Source: Candidatus Poribacteria bacterium | GTDB taxonomy: Bacteria > Poribacteria > WGA-4E > PCPOR2b | Length of the DNA stretch: 64,000 nt | Assembly (NCBI GenBank): GCA_965208675.1 | Contig: OZ242351.1 | Location: 2,656,001 to 2,720,000 of the forward strand | Direction: 5' to 3' | Shown: positions 1 to 9,241 of the stretch, in pieces | Layout of the letters: the number at the start of each line of letters is the position of its first letter | How positions within the stretch are numbered: the first letter of the stretch is position 1 | The notes under the pieces: generated by a model | What the model saw: the letters and a program-made list of their open reading frames with translations, nothing else | Told to the model about the DNA's origin: nothing | Databases searched by the model: none | Position numbers and translations under genes: made by a program

Positions 1-322
1 CGTCAAGCGAATGGACGGCTTCGCCAGTTGTCATATCCCACAACCGAATCTTCCCATCTTGTCCTGCGCTTGCAAGCACCTTGCTGTCTGGACGCCATGC
101 GATTGACATTGTGCCGAATTCATGCCCATCGAAGGCTTGGATAACCGATTGACGACGACCTTCAAAAACTGTCACTGGACCGAGAACCGACGCGGCAGCG
201 ATGAATCTCCCATCAGGAGACCACGCCATATCAATGACGTGGTCGCTTACGGTTCCGCTCCAATTTTCGCGCAGTTGAATGGGCTGGACAAAGCGGTTGC
301 TCAGGTTGTTCAAGCGAGACAT
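1..322 (-). CDS. WD40-repeat protein (partial, runs off window start)
   Basis: Manual translation from ATG at 322: MSRLNNLSNRFVQPIQLRENWSGTVSDHVIDMAWSPDGRFIAAAS...GHEFGTMSIAWRPDSKVLASAGQDGKIRLWD. The start overlaps the cobW stop. Absent from the ORF track because it is open-ended. Confidence 0.85.
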   Translation of the reverse strand, partial: MSRLNNLSNRFVQPIQLRENWSGTVSDHVIDMAWSPDGRFIAAASVLGPVTVFEGRRQSVIQAFDGHEFGTMSIAWRPDSKVLASAGQDGKIRLWDMTTGEAVHSLD

Positions 323-1650
323 GCTTCAAACCCTTCAGTCAATTCTGCCCGGTCGAGGTTGCGTCCGATGAAGATGAGGCTATTGTAGCGCGGTTCACCA
401 GCCCACGGGCGATCAGGGCGACCGTCGAAGAGCATATGAACACCTTGAAAGACGAATCGGTTTGGCTGACCTTTTATGCTCAGAATACCTTTCATGCGGA
501 AGATGTCTAGGCCTTTTGTCTGAAGCAGATTGCCAATCCAATCGTTCAGCCGGTCGGAGTCGAGGTCGCCGGGGATTGTGATGCCGACCGATGTGACTTC
601 CTCGTCATGTTCGTGATCTGGCTTAAATTCGCGTTCAACAGCTGGCTTGACAAGTGCGCCGCTACCAAAGAGTTGTGCTTGAAATTCGTCCGGGTGATGC
701 TCGGTAAACAGTGCGTAAGCGCCGGGGCGGTCGACCTGCACTTCAAAGCGTAATTCGTCCGCCGTGAGATTCAACGCAATGAGTTGTCCACTCGGTTGAA
801 GGGCGCCGGCCGCCGAAAGTTCACGCTCATCATCGGAGAAAACCATAACGACTGGCTCGACAGCTCCCTCCAAAGCTGCATCGGTTGACTCACTTACGGG
901 TATCAACGCAACTTTCATCGTCGGGTCAGGGCCTTCTTGGAGCACCAGTTCATGGGTGCCAGCTGCAAGATTATAAACACCAGCCCACTCGAAGGGATAT
1001 TCCGGTTCCATAAACTGCGGGTCCACCTCCATCGCCCGGTCGAGATCGAATCCGCCGACATTGAGAATCTTGTCCATTTCAACCACGGCATTTTTCGTTC
1101 GATAAATCTTCGCCGCAGCGTTCATGCTGCGAATTCTGGCTTCCAGTTGCTCTAACTGTTCCTCGGTCACAAGGTCAATCTTGTTCAACAGAATAACATC
1201 TGCAAAGGCAATCTGTTCACGCGCTTCGTCGCTGTCATCGATGTGCTGCCAGATGTGCTTGGCATCAACTACCGTCGTGACGGAATCCAGTTGCAGTTTG
1301 TCCTGCATTTCGGCGTCCATGAAGAACGTCTGAGCAACCGGCCCGGGGTCAGCGAGCCCTGTGGTTTCGACCATGATGTAGTCGAACTTATCGCGGCGCT
1401 TCATCAGGTTCCCTAAAATACGGATGAGATCGCCGCGCACCGTACAGCAGATGCAGCCGTTGTTCATCTCGAAAATCTCTTCTTCGGCGCCGATGACCAA
1501 ATCATTATCGACGCCGACCTCGCCAAACTCATTTTCGATGACGGCGATACGTTTGCCATGGTTTTCGGTGAGAATGCGGTTGAGAAGCGTGGTTTTACCA
1601 GATCCCAAAAAGCCCGTCAACACGGTAACGGGGACTTGATTGTTTAGCAT
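310..1650 (-). CDS. CobW/COG0523 G3E GTPase metallochaperone with an inserted domain before CobW_C
   Basis: GFLGSGKTT Walker A, ENEFG, GCICC metal motif, ETTG, NKID, His cluster DHEHDEEV, C-terminal IFRMKG...QGVH...LIFIGR. Confidence 0.95.
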   Translation of the reverse strand: MLNNQVPVTVLTGFLGSGKTTLLNRILTENHGKRIAVIENEFGEVGVDNDLVIGAEEEIFEMNNGCICCTVRGDLIRILGNLMKRRDKFDYIMVETTGLADPGPVAQTFFMDAEMQDKLQLDSVTTVVDAKHIWQHIDDSDEAREQIAFADVILLNKIDLVTEEQLEQLEARIRSMNAAAKIYRTKNAVVEMDKILNVGGFDLDRAMEVDPQFMEPEYPFEWAGVYNLAAGTHELVLQEGPDPTMKVALIPVSESTDAALEGAVEPVVMVFSDDERELSAAGALQPSGQLIALNLTADELRFEVQVDRPGAYALFTEHHPDEFQAQLFGSGALVKPAVEREFKPDHEHDEEVTSVGITIPGDLDSDRLNDWIGNLLQTKGLDIFRMKGILSIKGQPNRFVFQGVHMLFDGRPDRPWAGEPRYNSLIFIGRNLDRAELTEGFEACLA

Positions 1651-1681
1651 GGCTGAATTTACCTTTCTCTACTTGTTGGAT

Positions 1682-1942
1682 TTAGCCAGCGGTCAAGCTA
1701 ACGATGTCTGTCTGCTTCACCTCCGCCAGCGGTTTGTGAATCTTGTATTGCCGGGGCTTGCCGGGCGTCTCCATGATTGCAATGACCGTTTCAATAGGCG
1801 GACAGCCTTCTTCGGTGCATTGCAACTGGGTAACCATCACGGAGACGTCCTCTGATAGGTCAAAAGCTTGGGAGACCCACGATTTGACTTGGACGAGTTG
1901 CCGCGGGTCACTCTCTTTTTGCGAATTGAAAAAATTCTGCAC
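1682..1942 (-). CDS. small conserved protein of CobW neighbourhoods (CxxxGCPPxETVI motif)
   Basis: QLQCTEEGCPPIETVIAI; RBS AAGGAGG upstream of a GTG start. Confidence 0.75.
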   Translation of the reverse strand: MQNFFNSQKESDPRQLVQVKSWVSQAFDLSEDVSVMVTQLQCTEEGCPPIETVIAIMETPGKPRQYKIHKPLAEVKQTDIVSLTAG

Positions 1943-2001
1943 TGTGGTATTGCCTCCTTTCCAAGCACATGATGCTGTTTTAATACCTGAAATTTCGCCC
2001 G

Positions 2002-2064
2002 GAACCGGTCATCGCACAGGATTCTGACCAGATTTTTCTCAAGTCCGCGGTCTCTATTCTGCGG
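2002..2064. repeat. 63-nt structured intergenic direct repeat, copy 1
   Basis: Ungapped 54/63 match to 2388-2450; two hairpins (GGTCA..TGACC and CCGCGG..CTGCGG). Confidence 0.85.
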
Positions 2065-2086
2065 AGGTTGCGTACCTGGCCCGGAA

Positions 2087-2323
2087 TTATCCCTGATCCG
2101 AGTTATCGATGCCGCACGGGCAGATGGCGTTGCCGGGCGCGCCATATGATGCCGGCATTTTTCCTATAGGCGCGGGCTGTATTGGATTCTCATAGTATGC
2201 CTTCTCGACAGCGCAGCGGCATTGCGGGTTGACCGGCTTTGCTGCGGCTATCTCCTTATGACTGTGACACGATGCACATATCAGAACTGCCGTTATCACG
2301 AGGGTGATGCTCAATGATTTCAT
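2087..2323 (-). CDS. small Cys-rich lipoprotein (78 aa)
   Basis: True start probably ATG at 2323 (AGGAG RBS): MKSLSITLVITAVLICAS-C lipobox-like, then HSH, CRC and CPC motifs. Confidence 0.7.
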   Translation of the reverse strand: MKSLSITLVITAVLICASCHSHKEIAAAKPVNPQCRCAVEKAYYENPIQPAPIGKMPASYGAPGNAICPCGIDNSDQG

Positions 2324-2387
2324 GGTATGCTCCTTTGAAATAAGCCGCAAACTAACAGTTTGCGGTACAGTCCCTAGAGTTGGCGTC

Positions 2388-2450
2388 GAATCGGTCACCG
2401 CACACGATTCTGACCGGATTTTTCTCAAATCTGCGGTCTCTAGGCTGTGG
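2388..2450. repeat. 63-nt structured intergenic direct repeat, copy 2
   Basis: Ungapped 54/63 match to 2002-2064. Confidence 0.85.
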
Positions 2451-2516
2451 GACGCGCGTACGGAACTGCGCCAACCAGTTGCACAGTCCTCTACACCGAC
2501 CGTAATCAAGCTCGTA

Positions 2517-3008
2517 TCAATGCAGCACCTCTGAACGACTGGAACCTACTCGGCGAACGCTTGCCGCGTTGAAGCCTTGCAATTCAAGGGCCGCTTGTTT
2601 TTTCTGAAACCCGAACGGGGGAGATCGAAACCGATCAAAACGGTGACTATCAAAGGCTGGCGGCAACGGAAGCAGCGCATCTGTTCGTGCCACGGCGTCC
2701 GCCCAATCTACAAGCCGCGTATAGTGCAGATGGCGTTCTATCTGTCCTAACCACACAACGCCGTGCGGCGATGTTATACAGACGACATTTGCGAGATCAC
2801 ACGGCCCAAGGCAGCCTTCGCTGATAGTCAATGTTATTGAAGGGGACAGCCGCCGGTTCCGCCACTCCTGTTTGAGCCACTCGACCGGTACCGGCGGATT
2901 TCGTTTCTCAGTCACGCCGCAACAACAACCTTTACAGACCAGCATATGCGCTAAGACACGCCGCCTTGACGCCAGCTTTGGCGGTGATTCGATTCCATCT
3001 GCTCTCAT
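2517..3008 (-). CDS. thioredoxin-like (2Fe-2S) ferredoxin / metal-binding protein
   Basis: VCKGCCCG...GCLGPCDLANVV cysteine pattern. Confidence 0.75.
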   Translation of the reverse strand: MRADGIESPPKLASRRRVLAHMLVCKGCCCGVTEKRNPPVPVEWLKQEWRNRRLSPSITLTISEGCLGPCDLANVVCITSPHGVVWLGQIERHLHYTRLVDWADAVARTDALLPLPPAFDSHRFDRFRSPPFGFQKKQAALELQGFNAASVRRVGSSRSEVLH

Positions 3009-3109
3009 ACCTTTTTCCTATGCGTTACGTTCCTGCGAATATACTGATTCATCACTACCCGATTCCGTTCAAGGGTAGTGATGATTTTTTTTCGGCGCAT
3101 AATTCAAGG

Positions 3110-5032
3110 TTATTTCAATATAACCATCCGCTTCATCTGTTGAAAAGACGGCGTGGACAATCGGTAGAAATAAACGCCGCTTGAAACAGTCTCACCCGCA
3201 TCATTTCGACCATCCCAATAAGCAGCACGTGCGCGGCCTTGATAGAAACCCGCTGGCTGGATGCCAATCGAAAGCGTTCGCACCGGTCGCCCGTTCGTAT
3301 CGTAAATTGATAGCGTCACAGGGGCAGATTCCGAAAGGCGATACGGTATCCATGTTTCGGGATTGAACGGGTTGGGATAGTTCTGCAACAGTAGGCTCTG
3401 CTTCGGTATGCCAATCCCCTCCAGCGTAATAGGGAGAACTGCGTTTGCAAGCGTGTCCGGCGTCACGACGAACCTCAGACTTTCCGAAGCAATCTCTCCC
3501 GTTGCATCCGCAACGGTGACTTCCAGCGTGTCGCCGACCCAGACGACGCTCTGGCGGGAGAGATCGGCGGTCGCCGCGGCAAAGTAGCCCTCTCGCACAC
3601 GATTCGCCATAATAGCGTTCGTTCGCAGATTTCGTACTGTAACCAGATAGCCTTCAAGGTTCTGCTCGCCTTCTAATTGCCCACTGACAACGAACGCCCA
3701 GGCGGTATTTGGCTTATCAATTGGTCTTGCAACCGGTGCCGCCGAAACTTGCGGCTGATTGGTCCACGGCGCCCCGACAAAGGCAACCTGTCGGACGTGC
3801 GGCACGTTTACGATGTATCCCTTTGCCCCTTCGATTGAAAACCCGTTGTCCGGTGCATCCGGCGTCCAGCCAATGAACTCTTGGTTGACATCATCAAGCT
3901 CAATTACCGTCGTTGCGCCAACCATCTCCGCCATCGACCGAGCATTCATCGGTTGGCGAGGCTTCAGCGGTAAGGAGATCATGTTCAAGCCTTCGGAGAG
4001 AGATGCGAAGTATACGTGACTGAAGTCATCTCCGTCGGTAGGCACTGGGGTGGCAATGAAACCGTGAATCTGATGTTCTCCGTCTTCCTGGTGAATTTCA
4101 AACCAGCCGACAATGACACCGTCATCGTTAATGCCTTGTGCTATCGTGGCTTCTGCGCCGGGAATCCCGAACCGGTGGAACTCGCCCTCCGGATTGCGTA
4201 GAAATCCGTGTATTTCGGAGAAATCAAGCGGCGCGGTATGACCGACAATCCTGCCATGATTGTCGATGTCATCGGGGAGCGTATGCCGCTCTGCGTCAAT
4301 GGACAGTGTCGTGAACGCGCCATCCTCGTAAATCAGCCCATCAATTATCTTTGTTGGTGTAAATCCTGATTCAGGCAGATTCCATCCCGCCATCACACCG
4401 GCGTTATTGATACCACGAAAAACATTGCCGCCAACACCGCCCGAAGAGGGAACTTGCGCGAAAGTCCCGTCCGGCTCGCGAAGAAAACTGGTGATGACAA
4501 TGTCGTTCGCTGTTGGGAAATCGAAATTATACGAAGTGAGTTGACTGGAGTCGTTGATACCCCATGCGTAGTTAAAAGCTGCACCCGGATTAACTAATAT
4601 ATACTGGCCGTCCGGTTCTCTCAGGAATCCGTGTTGCACGCCAGCCGCATCTTTATACCGACCCGTGATTTGACCGGATGTATTGATTCCGAATGCACGT
4701 GTGTCTGTTGCACCTTCTGGGGCGATCGTCTCGAAGACACCGTTTCTCAGCCAGAATCCTTTCCGAACAGCGTTTGCATCTGCATAGCTCCCGACGATGT
4801 CCCCAGCGTTGTTGATACCGAAGAGTTCGGTCTCTGACGCGCCTGCGAACGGTACATCCACGACCGCAATATGATACGGAATACCGATTGTCAGATGAAT
4901 ATCACCTGCCGGGATGTCGGCGACATGTTCATGGTCGTGGTCACCCTGTTGCGCGACGGCTTGCCATGAGATGGTCAAACAAAAAATCGAAAACATAAGC
5001 AGAACCAGTGTGGCTCTTATGTGAGTACGCAT
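3110..5032 (-). CDS. secreted HAF-repeat protein with His-rich N-terminus and FlgD-Ig/T9SS-like C-terminal sorting domain
   Basis: Signal peptide; GDHDHEH; repeats AFGINxxGQIxG...HGFL; C-terminal LLQNYPNPFNPETWIPY...WDGRNDAGETVSSGVYFYRL...MVILK. Confidence 0.85.
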   Translation of the reverse strand: MRTHIRATLVLLMFSIFCLTISWQAVAQQGDHDHEHVADIPAGDIHLTIGIPYHIAVVDVPFAGASETELFGINNAGDIVGSYADANAVRKGFWLRNGVFETIAPEGATDTRAFGINTSGQITGRYKDAAGVQHGFLREPDGQYILVNPGAAFNYAWGINDSSQLTSYNFDFPTANDIVITSFLREPDGTFAQVPSSGGVGGNVFRGINNAGVMAGWNLPESGFTPTKIIDGLIYEDGAFTTLSIDAERHTLPDDIDNHGRIVGHTAPLDFSEIHGFLRNPEGEFHRFGIPGAEATIAQGINDDGVIVGWFEIHQEDGEHQIHGFIATPVPTDGDDFSHVYFASLSEGLNMISLPLKPRQPMNARSMAEMVGATTVIELDDVNQEFIGWTPDAPDNGFSIEGAKGYIVNVPHVRQVAFVGAPWTNQPQVSAAPVARPIDKPNTAWAFVVSGQLEGEQNLEGYLVTVRNLRTNAIMANRVREGYFAAATADLSRQSVVWVGDTLEVTVADATGEIASESLRFVVTPDTLANAVLPITLEGIGIPKQSLLLQNYPNPFNPETWIPYRLSESAPVTLSIYDTNGRPVRTLSIGIQPAGFYQGRARAAYWDGRNDAGETVSSGVYFYRLSTPSFQQMKRMVILK

Positions 5033-5071
5033 AGCTGCAACCTCCTTTTCAATCGAAGTTGTATTATGAAG

Positions 5072-6199
5072 TTAAGAATCAGTTGCATTGTGTGAATTCG
5101 CTGGCGGTTCTTCCAAAAAAAGCTCCCGAAGCAATTCAAAATCGGCGGCGGCATCAGGCGCGATAACCTCGTGCGATTCATTTTCCGTTTCGCACGCATC
5201 AAATCGCGACTGCAACTCGCAATCTTCAATTCCGCCAGGCTCACCGATAAAGACTAACTGCGTGCCCGGTTTCTCATCATCCCATGGCGCACCAATGATG
5301 ACACGCGCCCGTTGGCCGACAACTTGGACGATTCCCTTTCGATCCGGAGTCTCTTCGAGATAAACAACCCCTTTGGCGCGGTAGATTGCCGCCGGCAACG
5401 TTTTCACCGCATGACGCACTGCCCGATGTGACAGCGGTTTCTCGGTCGTATAACTCCACGTATTAAAGACCAACGTATGGTCGTGTTCGTGATGGTGTTC
5501 ATCCTCGTGGCCGTGCTCCTCCCCGTCGGGGTGGACGTGAACATCCAAGCCCGTTTTCCCCGAAAAGCGGCGGAGGTCGTATCTCCCGACATCAAGCACC
5601 AAATCGAGCGGAACCTTACCGTGTGTGGTTTCGAGGATACGCGCCTTCGGAACAAGGTTTTTGACGAAGTCTGCCAATTCCGCCCGTTTTTCATCATTGA
5701 CCAAGTCAACCTTGTTCAGCACGACAATGTCCGCCATAGCGATTTGGTCTAAAGCGAGCTCCCGATGCTTTCTGTCTACATGATAGATTTGCTCGGAATC
5801 AACCACTGTTAGCATACTGTCTACTCGCGCCGCCGACCGCAATCCACGCGCCAGGAAGGTCAATGAAACCGCCAAAGGGTCAGATACGCCGCTGGTCTCA
5901 AGGACTATATACTCCGGCGGGTCAGGGCGTTGAATTAATTGTACCGTAGCCTCAAGCAGGTCGTCGCGAATTGAGCAGCAGATACACCCGTTGGAAAGGT
6001 TAATGGTGGATTCCCCAGAGACACCGGAGATTAACCCGGCGTCAATATTAACCTCTCCAAAATCGTTGACCAAAACCGCCACGCGCAATCCGTGGTCGGC
6101 ATTGAGAATGTGGTTGAGCAGGGAGGTTTTGCCCGCGCCTAAAAAGCCGCTGATGATGGTCACCGGAATCGGTTCTTTGAAGTCTTGGATTTCAGCCAT
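5072..6199 (-). CDS. CobW/COG0523 G3E GTPase metallochaperone (second paralog)
   Basis: GFLGAGKTS, VNDFG, GCICCS, ETSG, NKVD, His-rich HGHEDEHHHEHDH, YRAKG. Confidence 0.95.
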   Translation of the reverse strand: MAEIQDFKEPIPVTIISGFLGAGKTSLLNHILNADHGLRVAVLVNDFGEVNIDAGLISGVSGESTINLSNGCICCSIRDDLLEATVQLIQRPDPPEYIVLETSGVSDPLAVSLTFLARGLRSAARVDSMLTVVDSEQIYHVDRKHRELALDQIAMADIVVLNKVDLVNDEKRAELADFVKNLVPKARILETTHGKVPLDLVLDVGRYDLRRFSGKTGLDVHVHPDGEEHGHEDEHHHEHDHTLVFNTWSYTTEKPLSHRAVRHAVKTLPAAIYRAKGVVYLEETPDRKGIVQVVGQRARVIIGAPWDDEKPGTQLVFIGEPGGIEDCELQSRFDACETENESHEVIAPDAAADFELLRELFLEEPPANSHNATDS

Positions 6200-6341
6200 C
6201 CTCTCACACCTTGAATTATAGATTGTGTGTATTTGTCAATTCGTCAGGCAAACCGATTGTCTTGAGTCTCCGAATTGAGAACTGTTTGCACCGCTCACCC
6301 TTTAAAATCCGGCCGGGTGAACGCCTATTTGCCCCAATATT

Positions 6342-6629
6342 TCAGCAGCATGTGCAGCCGACCGGGTGGCTATAGCTGGGCGCATCCAAGGCCTCAATCG
6401 CTGCATGTTCTACGGACTCTTCGGCACCCGATTCGCCGGAATCTACTTCAGCGCCGGATGGATTGGAGCGCCCTCGGCTGACGAGTAAGGTGGGGGCGTT
6501 AATGACCTTTTTGACGCGAGGCGTATAGCAGATGGTGCATTCGACAACCGCTTCGTCCAAAGGCGCAAGGGAAAGCCGTTCCTCAAAGAGAACATCACAA
6601 TCGAACCATTCAATTTCATAAATCGGCAT
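6342..6629 (-). CDS. FmdB-family zinc-ribbon protein (atypical)
   Basis: MPIYEIEWFDC...FE...CTIC...KKVINAP; C-terminal HPVGCTCC. Confidence 0.7.
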   Translation of the reverse strand: MPIYEIEWFDCDVLFEERLSLAPLDEAVVECTICYTPRVKKVINAPTLLVSRGRSNPSGAEVDSGESGAEESVEHAAIEALDAPSYSHPVGCTCC

Positions 6630-6702
6630 TGCGTGTTTCCTGGTTGAACTGGGCATGTAAACATCCAGTCCAATTGCCGCTAACGTCTCACGCTTTACGT
6701 TT

Positions 6703-7683
6703 TTATTGCCTCCGATAAGCTAACTCAGCTCTCAAAGCGTTCACGGTGGTATCTATGTTGTGGCGCATCATCCCAATATACGTCCCTTTAGGAGTTCCGG
6801 GCGTTCCCATCGCATCGGCGAAAAGCCTGCCGCCGATTTGGACTTCGAACCCCTTTGCGCGAACAGCGGCTTGAACAGCCTCTATGCCCTGCGACGGGGT
6901 TGAGGTTTCGACGAACATAGCGGGGATTCGATGTTCAATAATATACTCCGCTAGTTCTCTGACATCGGCGACGCCCGCTTCCGTTTCCGTGTTCAACCCT
7001 TGAAGGCCGCGCACCTCGAAACCGTAAGCACGTCCGAAGTAACCGAACGCATCGTGGGTCGTGACGAGAACGCGGCGCTGGGCGGGAATCTGTGCCGCGA
7101 GGTATTGTAGGTCGTCATGCAATGTTCTCAACTCTGCCAAGTATCTATTCGCGTTAGAAAGATAATATTCGGCATTATCCGGGTCGGCTTGAACCAACGT
7201 GTCTCGAACCTTTTCAGCTGCTTTCATCCAGAGCGACACATCGTGCCAGACATGCGGGTCGTAACCGCCCTGAAATTCGGATGTTGTGCGAAGTTGTGAG
7301 CGTAGAGTCCCAGCCGTGACGGCGACTGCCTTCGTTTTATACGCCATCTTATTGAGGACGGCGCCTATGATTTTCGATTCAAGATACAAACCGTTGTAGA
7401 AGATAATCTCAGCGTCCTTCAGCCGTTCGACATCTCCCGCTGTCGGTTTATAGAGATGCGGGTCAACGCCTTCACCGACAATCGCGGTGACGTCAATCCT
7501 ATCTCGGCCAATGTTTTCCACAATGTCCGTAATCATGCTGATTGTTGCGGCGACGCGAAGTTTTTTCTCTGTCGTAGGGTTTGTATGTGCGGAGTCTTCC
7601 GATTTTTCCTTTTGACATCCGCCAGCAACTATCAACAGTAACACCAACAAACATAAACTCGCCTTGAGAAATTGGCGATCCAT
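6703..7683 (-). CDS. TroA/ZnuA/MntA-family metal ABC substrate-binding lipoprotein
   Basis: Lipobox AGGC; GVDPHLY, NGLYLE, DPHVW, TTHDAFGYF, VETS motifs; RBS AAGGAGG. Confidence 0.95.
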   Translation of the reverse strand: MDRQFLKASLCLLVLLLIVAGGCQKEKSEDSAHTNPTTEKKLRVAATISMITDIVENIGRDRIDVTAIVGEGVDPHLYKPTAGDVERLKDAEIIFYNGLYLESKIIGAVLNKMAYKTKAVAVTAGTLRSQLRTTSEFQGGYDPHVWHDVSLWMKAAEKVRDTLVQADPDNAEYYLSNANRYLAELRTLHDDLQYLAAQIPAQRRVLVTTHDAFGYFGRAYGFEVRGLQGLNTETEAGVADVRELAEYIIEHRIPAMFVETSTPSQGIEAVQAAVRAKGFEVQIGGRLFADAMGTPGTPKGTYIGMMRHNIDTTVNALRAELAYRRQ

Positions 7684-7907
7684 CCTGTCACCTCCTTTTG
7701 AATTTGTTAGGAGTTAGGCCCTTCAGTTCGTAGCAGCGAAATTCACTCCCCTTCCGGTCGGGCGATAAATCGCCATACTACAAATCTAAACCCTAAATGT
7801 AGTCGTCCAACTCATCGAGTTTCGTTGTGCAGTGATAAACAATCGAACTGCGAGGGGTTGAACGTTCATCTGCGTAAGTCCGGTTATATTGCAATAATTG
7901 CCGCAAT

Positions 7908-7924
7908 ATGTTATATTATAACAT
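7908..7924. promoter_or_regulatory. Zur box overlapping the -10 of the minus-strand troA promoter
   Basis: Palindrome ATGTTATA-T-TATAACAT matches the Zur consensus. Minus strand has TTGACT (7942-7937), 16 nt, then TATAAT (7920-7915). Confidence 0.85.
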
Positions 7925-8212
7925 AACAATTTCAGAAGTCAAGTCAAAATTATGGTATCTTCTAGGGTCATTAATTCTCCAGTAATTCAATCTACCGGTC
8001 GGGGCTGCGGTGGGGCAAGGGGATCTCTATCGCATTCACTATCCACTCGCTTGATTCCCTCCTGCCGGTTCGGGTTGTTCCAAAATCAGTCAAAAAACGA
8101 AAAAACTAAATACTCCTGTGGATTCTTCTAGGTAGGAGGATTTGACTGAATCTTTAACAAAGGAATCAAGACTCGTTCTTACTTCCACTAAATGCAAGAC
8201 GTTTTGAATTCA

Positions 8213-8245
8213 TTGACAATCATGGCGTTACGTCATAACATAACG
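8213..8245 (+). promoter_or_regulatory. zur promoter with degenerate Zur box (probable autoregulation)
   Basis: TTGACA-17 nt-TAACAT, overlapped by GCGTTACGTCATAACATAACG, which resembles the 7908 box. Confidence 0.6.
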
Positions 8246-8274
8246 TACACCTTCAGTTTTAAGGAGCTAGGGTT

Positions 8275-8772
8275 ATGTCTTCTACGGAATCGGAAAACAC
8301 AACGATTGAAACCTTTCCCAAGCCAATCCATGACCATTCTAAGTGCGTCAAAGACGCATTGGAAATGGGTTTGGCGATTTGTCAGGTGCGCGGCGTACGA
8401 TTTACCGAGCTACGGAAACAGGTTTTCGAACTCGTGTGCGCCAGCCACAAGCCAATCGGCGCTTACGATATACTTGACACCTTTCAAAAACGCGGCCGGA
8501 AAACCGCACCGCCAACCGTCTACCGCGCCCTCGAGTTTCTGATTGAGCAGGGCTTGATTCACAGGATTACCTCATTAAACGCTTATATCGGGTGTGACTT
8601 CCCACAGGAACCGCATCGCGGACAGTTCGTCGTCTGCAAATTGTGCGGCGAGGCAACTGAGCTTGTCAGTCACACGATCGAGCGGTGTATCACTGCCGCC
8701 GCCGAGAAACTTGACTTTCAGGTCCAATCTAGAGTCATCGAGATTCTCGGCATCTGCTCGGTCTGCCGATGA
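8275..8772 (+). CDS. zur: zinc uptake regulator, Fur family
   Basis: HDHSKC, RFTELRKQV, GAYDIL, APPTVYRALEFL, CKLC...CSVC; divergent from the zinc uptake operon. Confidence 0.9.
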   Translation: MSSTESENTTIETFPKPIHDHSKCVKDALEMGLAICQVRGVRFTELRKQVFELVCASHKPIGAYDILDTFQKRGRKTAPPTVYRALEFLIEQGLIHRITSLNAYIGCDFPQEPHRGQFVVCKLCGEATELVSHTIERCITAAAEKLDFQVQSRVIEILGICSVCR

Positions 8773-9024
8773 GTATTTAGCGCGCACAAAGCGTGATAGC
8801 CGTGCCTTTCCTTGTGTACCACTCCGCGCATTGGTGATTCGTTCAGGTTGCAGATAAGATGAATCTATTTCTCTCGTAATGCGTTTATTTAATGCGAGGT
8901 CATAGTCAAAAATAACATGTTCAAGTGAGTCGCCGATGCGTACAGCCAACAAATGGTGAACCTTGCCTCTATTTGAAGTCTTTGAGTAGACGGCGATTCT
9001 GTCACATAACTTCTCTATTTTTGT

Positions 9025-9056
9025 TTGACAACCACTTTAAACTGTGGAAAAATATG
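9025..9056 (+). promoter_or_regulatory. possible sigma70 promoter for the substrate-binding protein array
   Basis: TTGACA at 9025 followed by an AT-rich, imperfect -10. Confidence 0.4.
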
Positions 9057-9241
9057 ATTTGGTTAAGTTGTTCATAACGAAACGTCAAGAAGATATGCGC
9101 CGTTCCGCGTATTTCTTATGGTAGTTTTCAGCTTGAACTTAATCCTAATCAATCGATAACGATCGGACTGGGCGAGGTTTTCTAGATTTTGCCCCGCTTA
9201 AAATTTTTTTGAACACTATTATGAACAAAAGGAGATTCAAG

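Noticed and set aside
2324-2509. N-terminal extension of ORF 2087..2509
   Set aside because: It runs through the intergenic repeat; the RBS and signal peptide point to the ATG at 2323.
1950-2510. Cobalamin or NiCo riboswitch upstream of the cobW-linked genes
   Set aside because: I could not find the B12-box or other conserved riboswitch cores by eye; an Rfam search is still needed.
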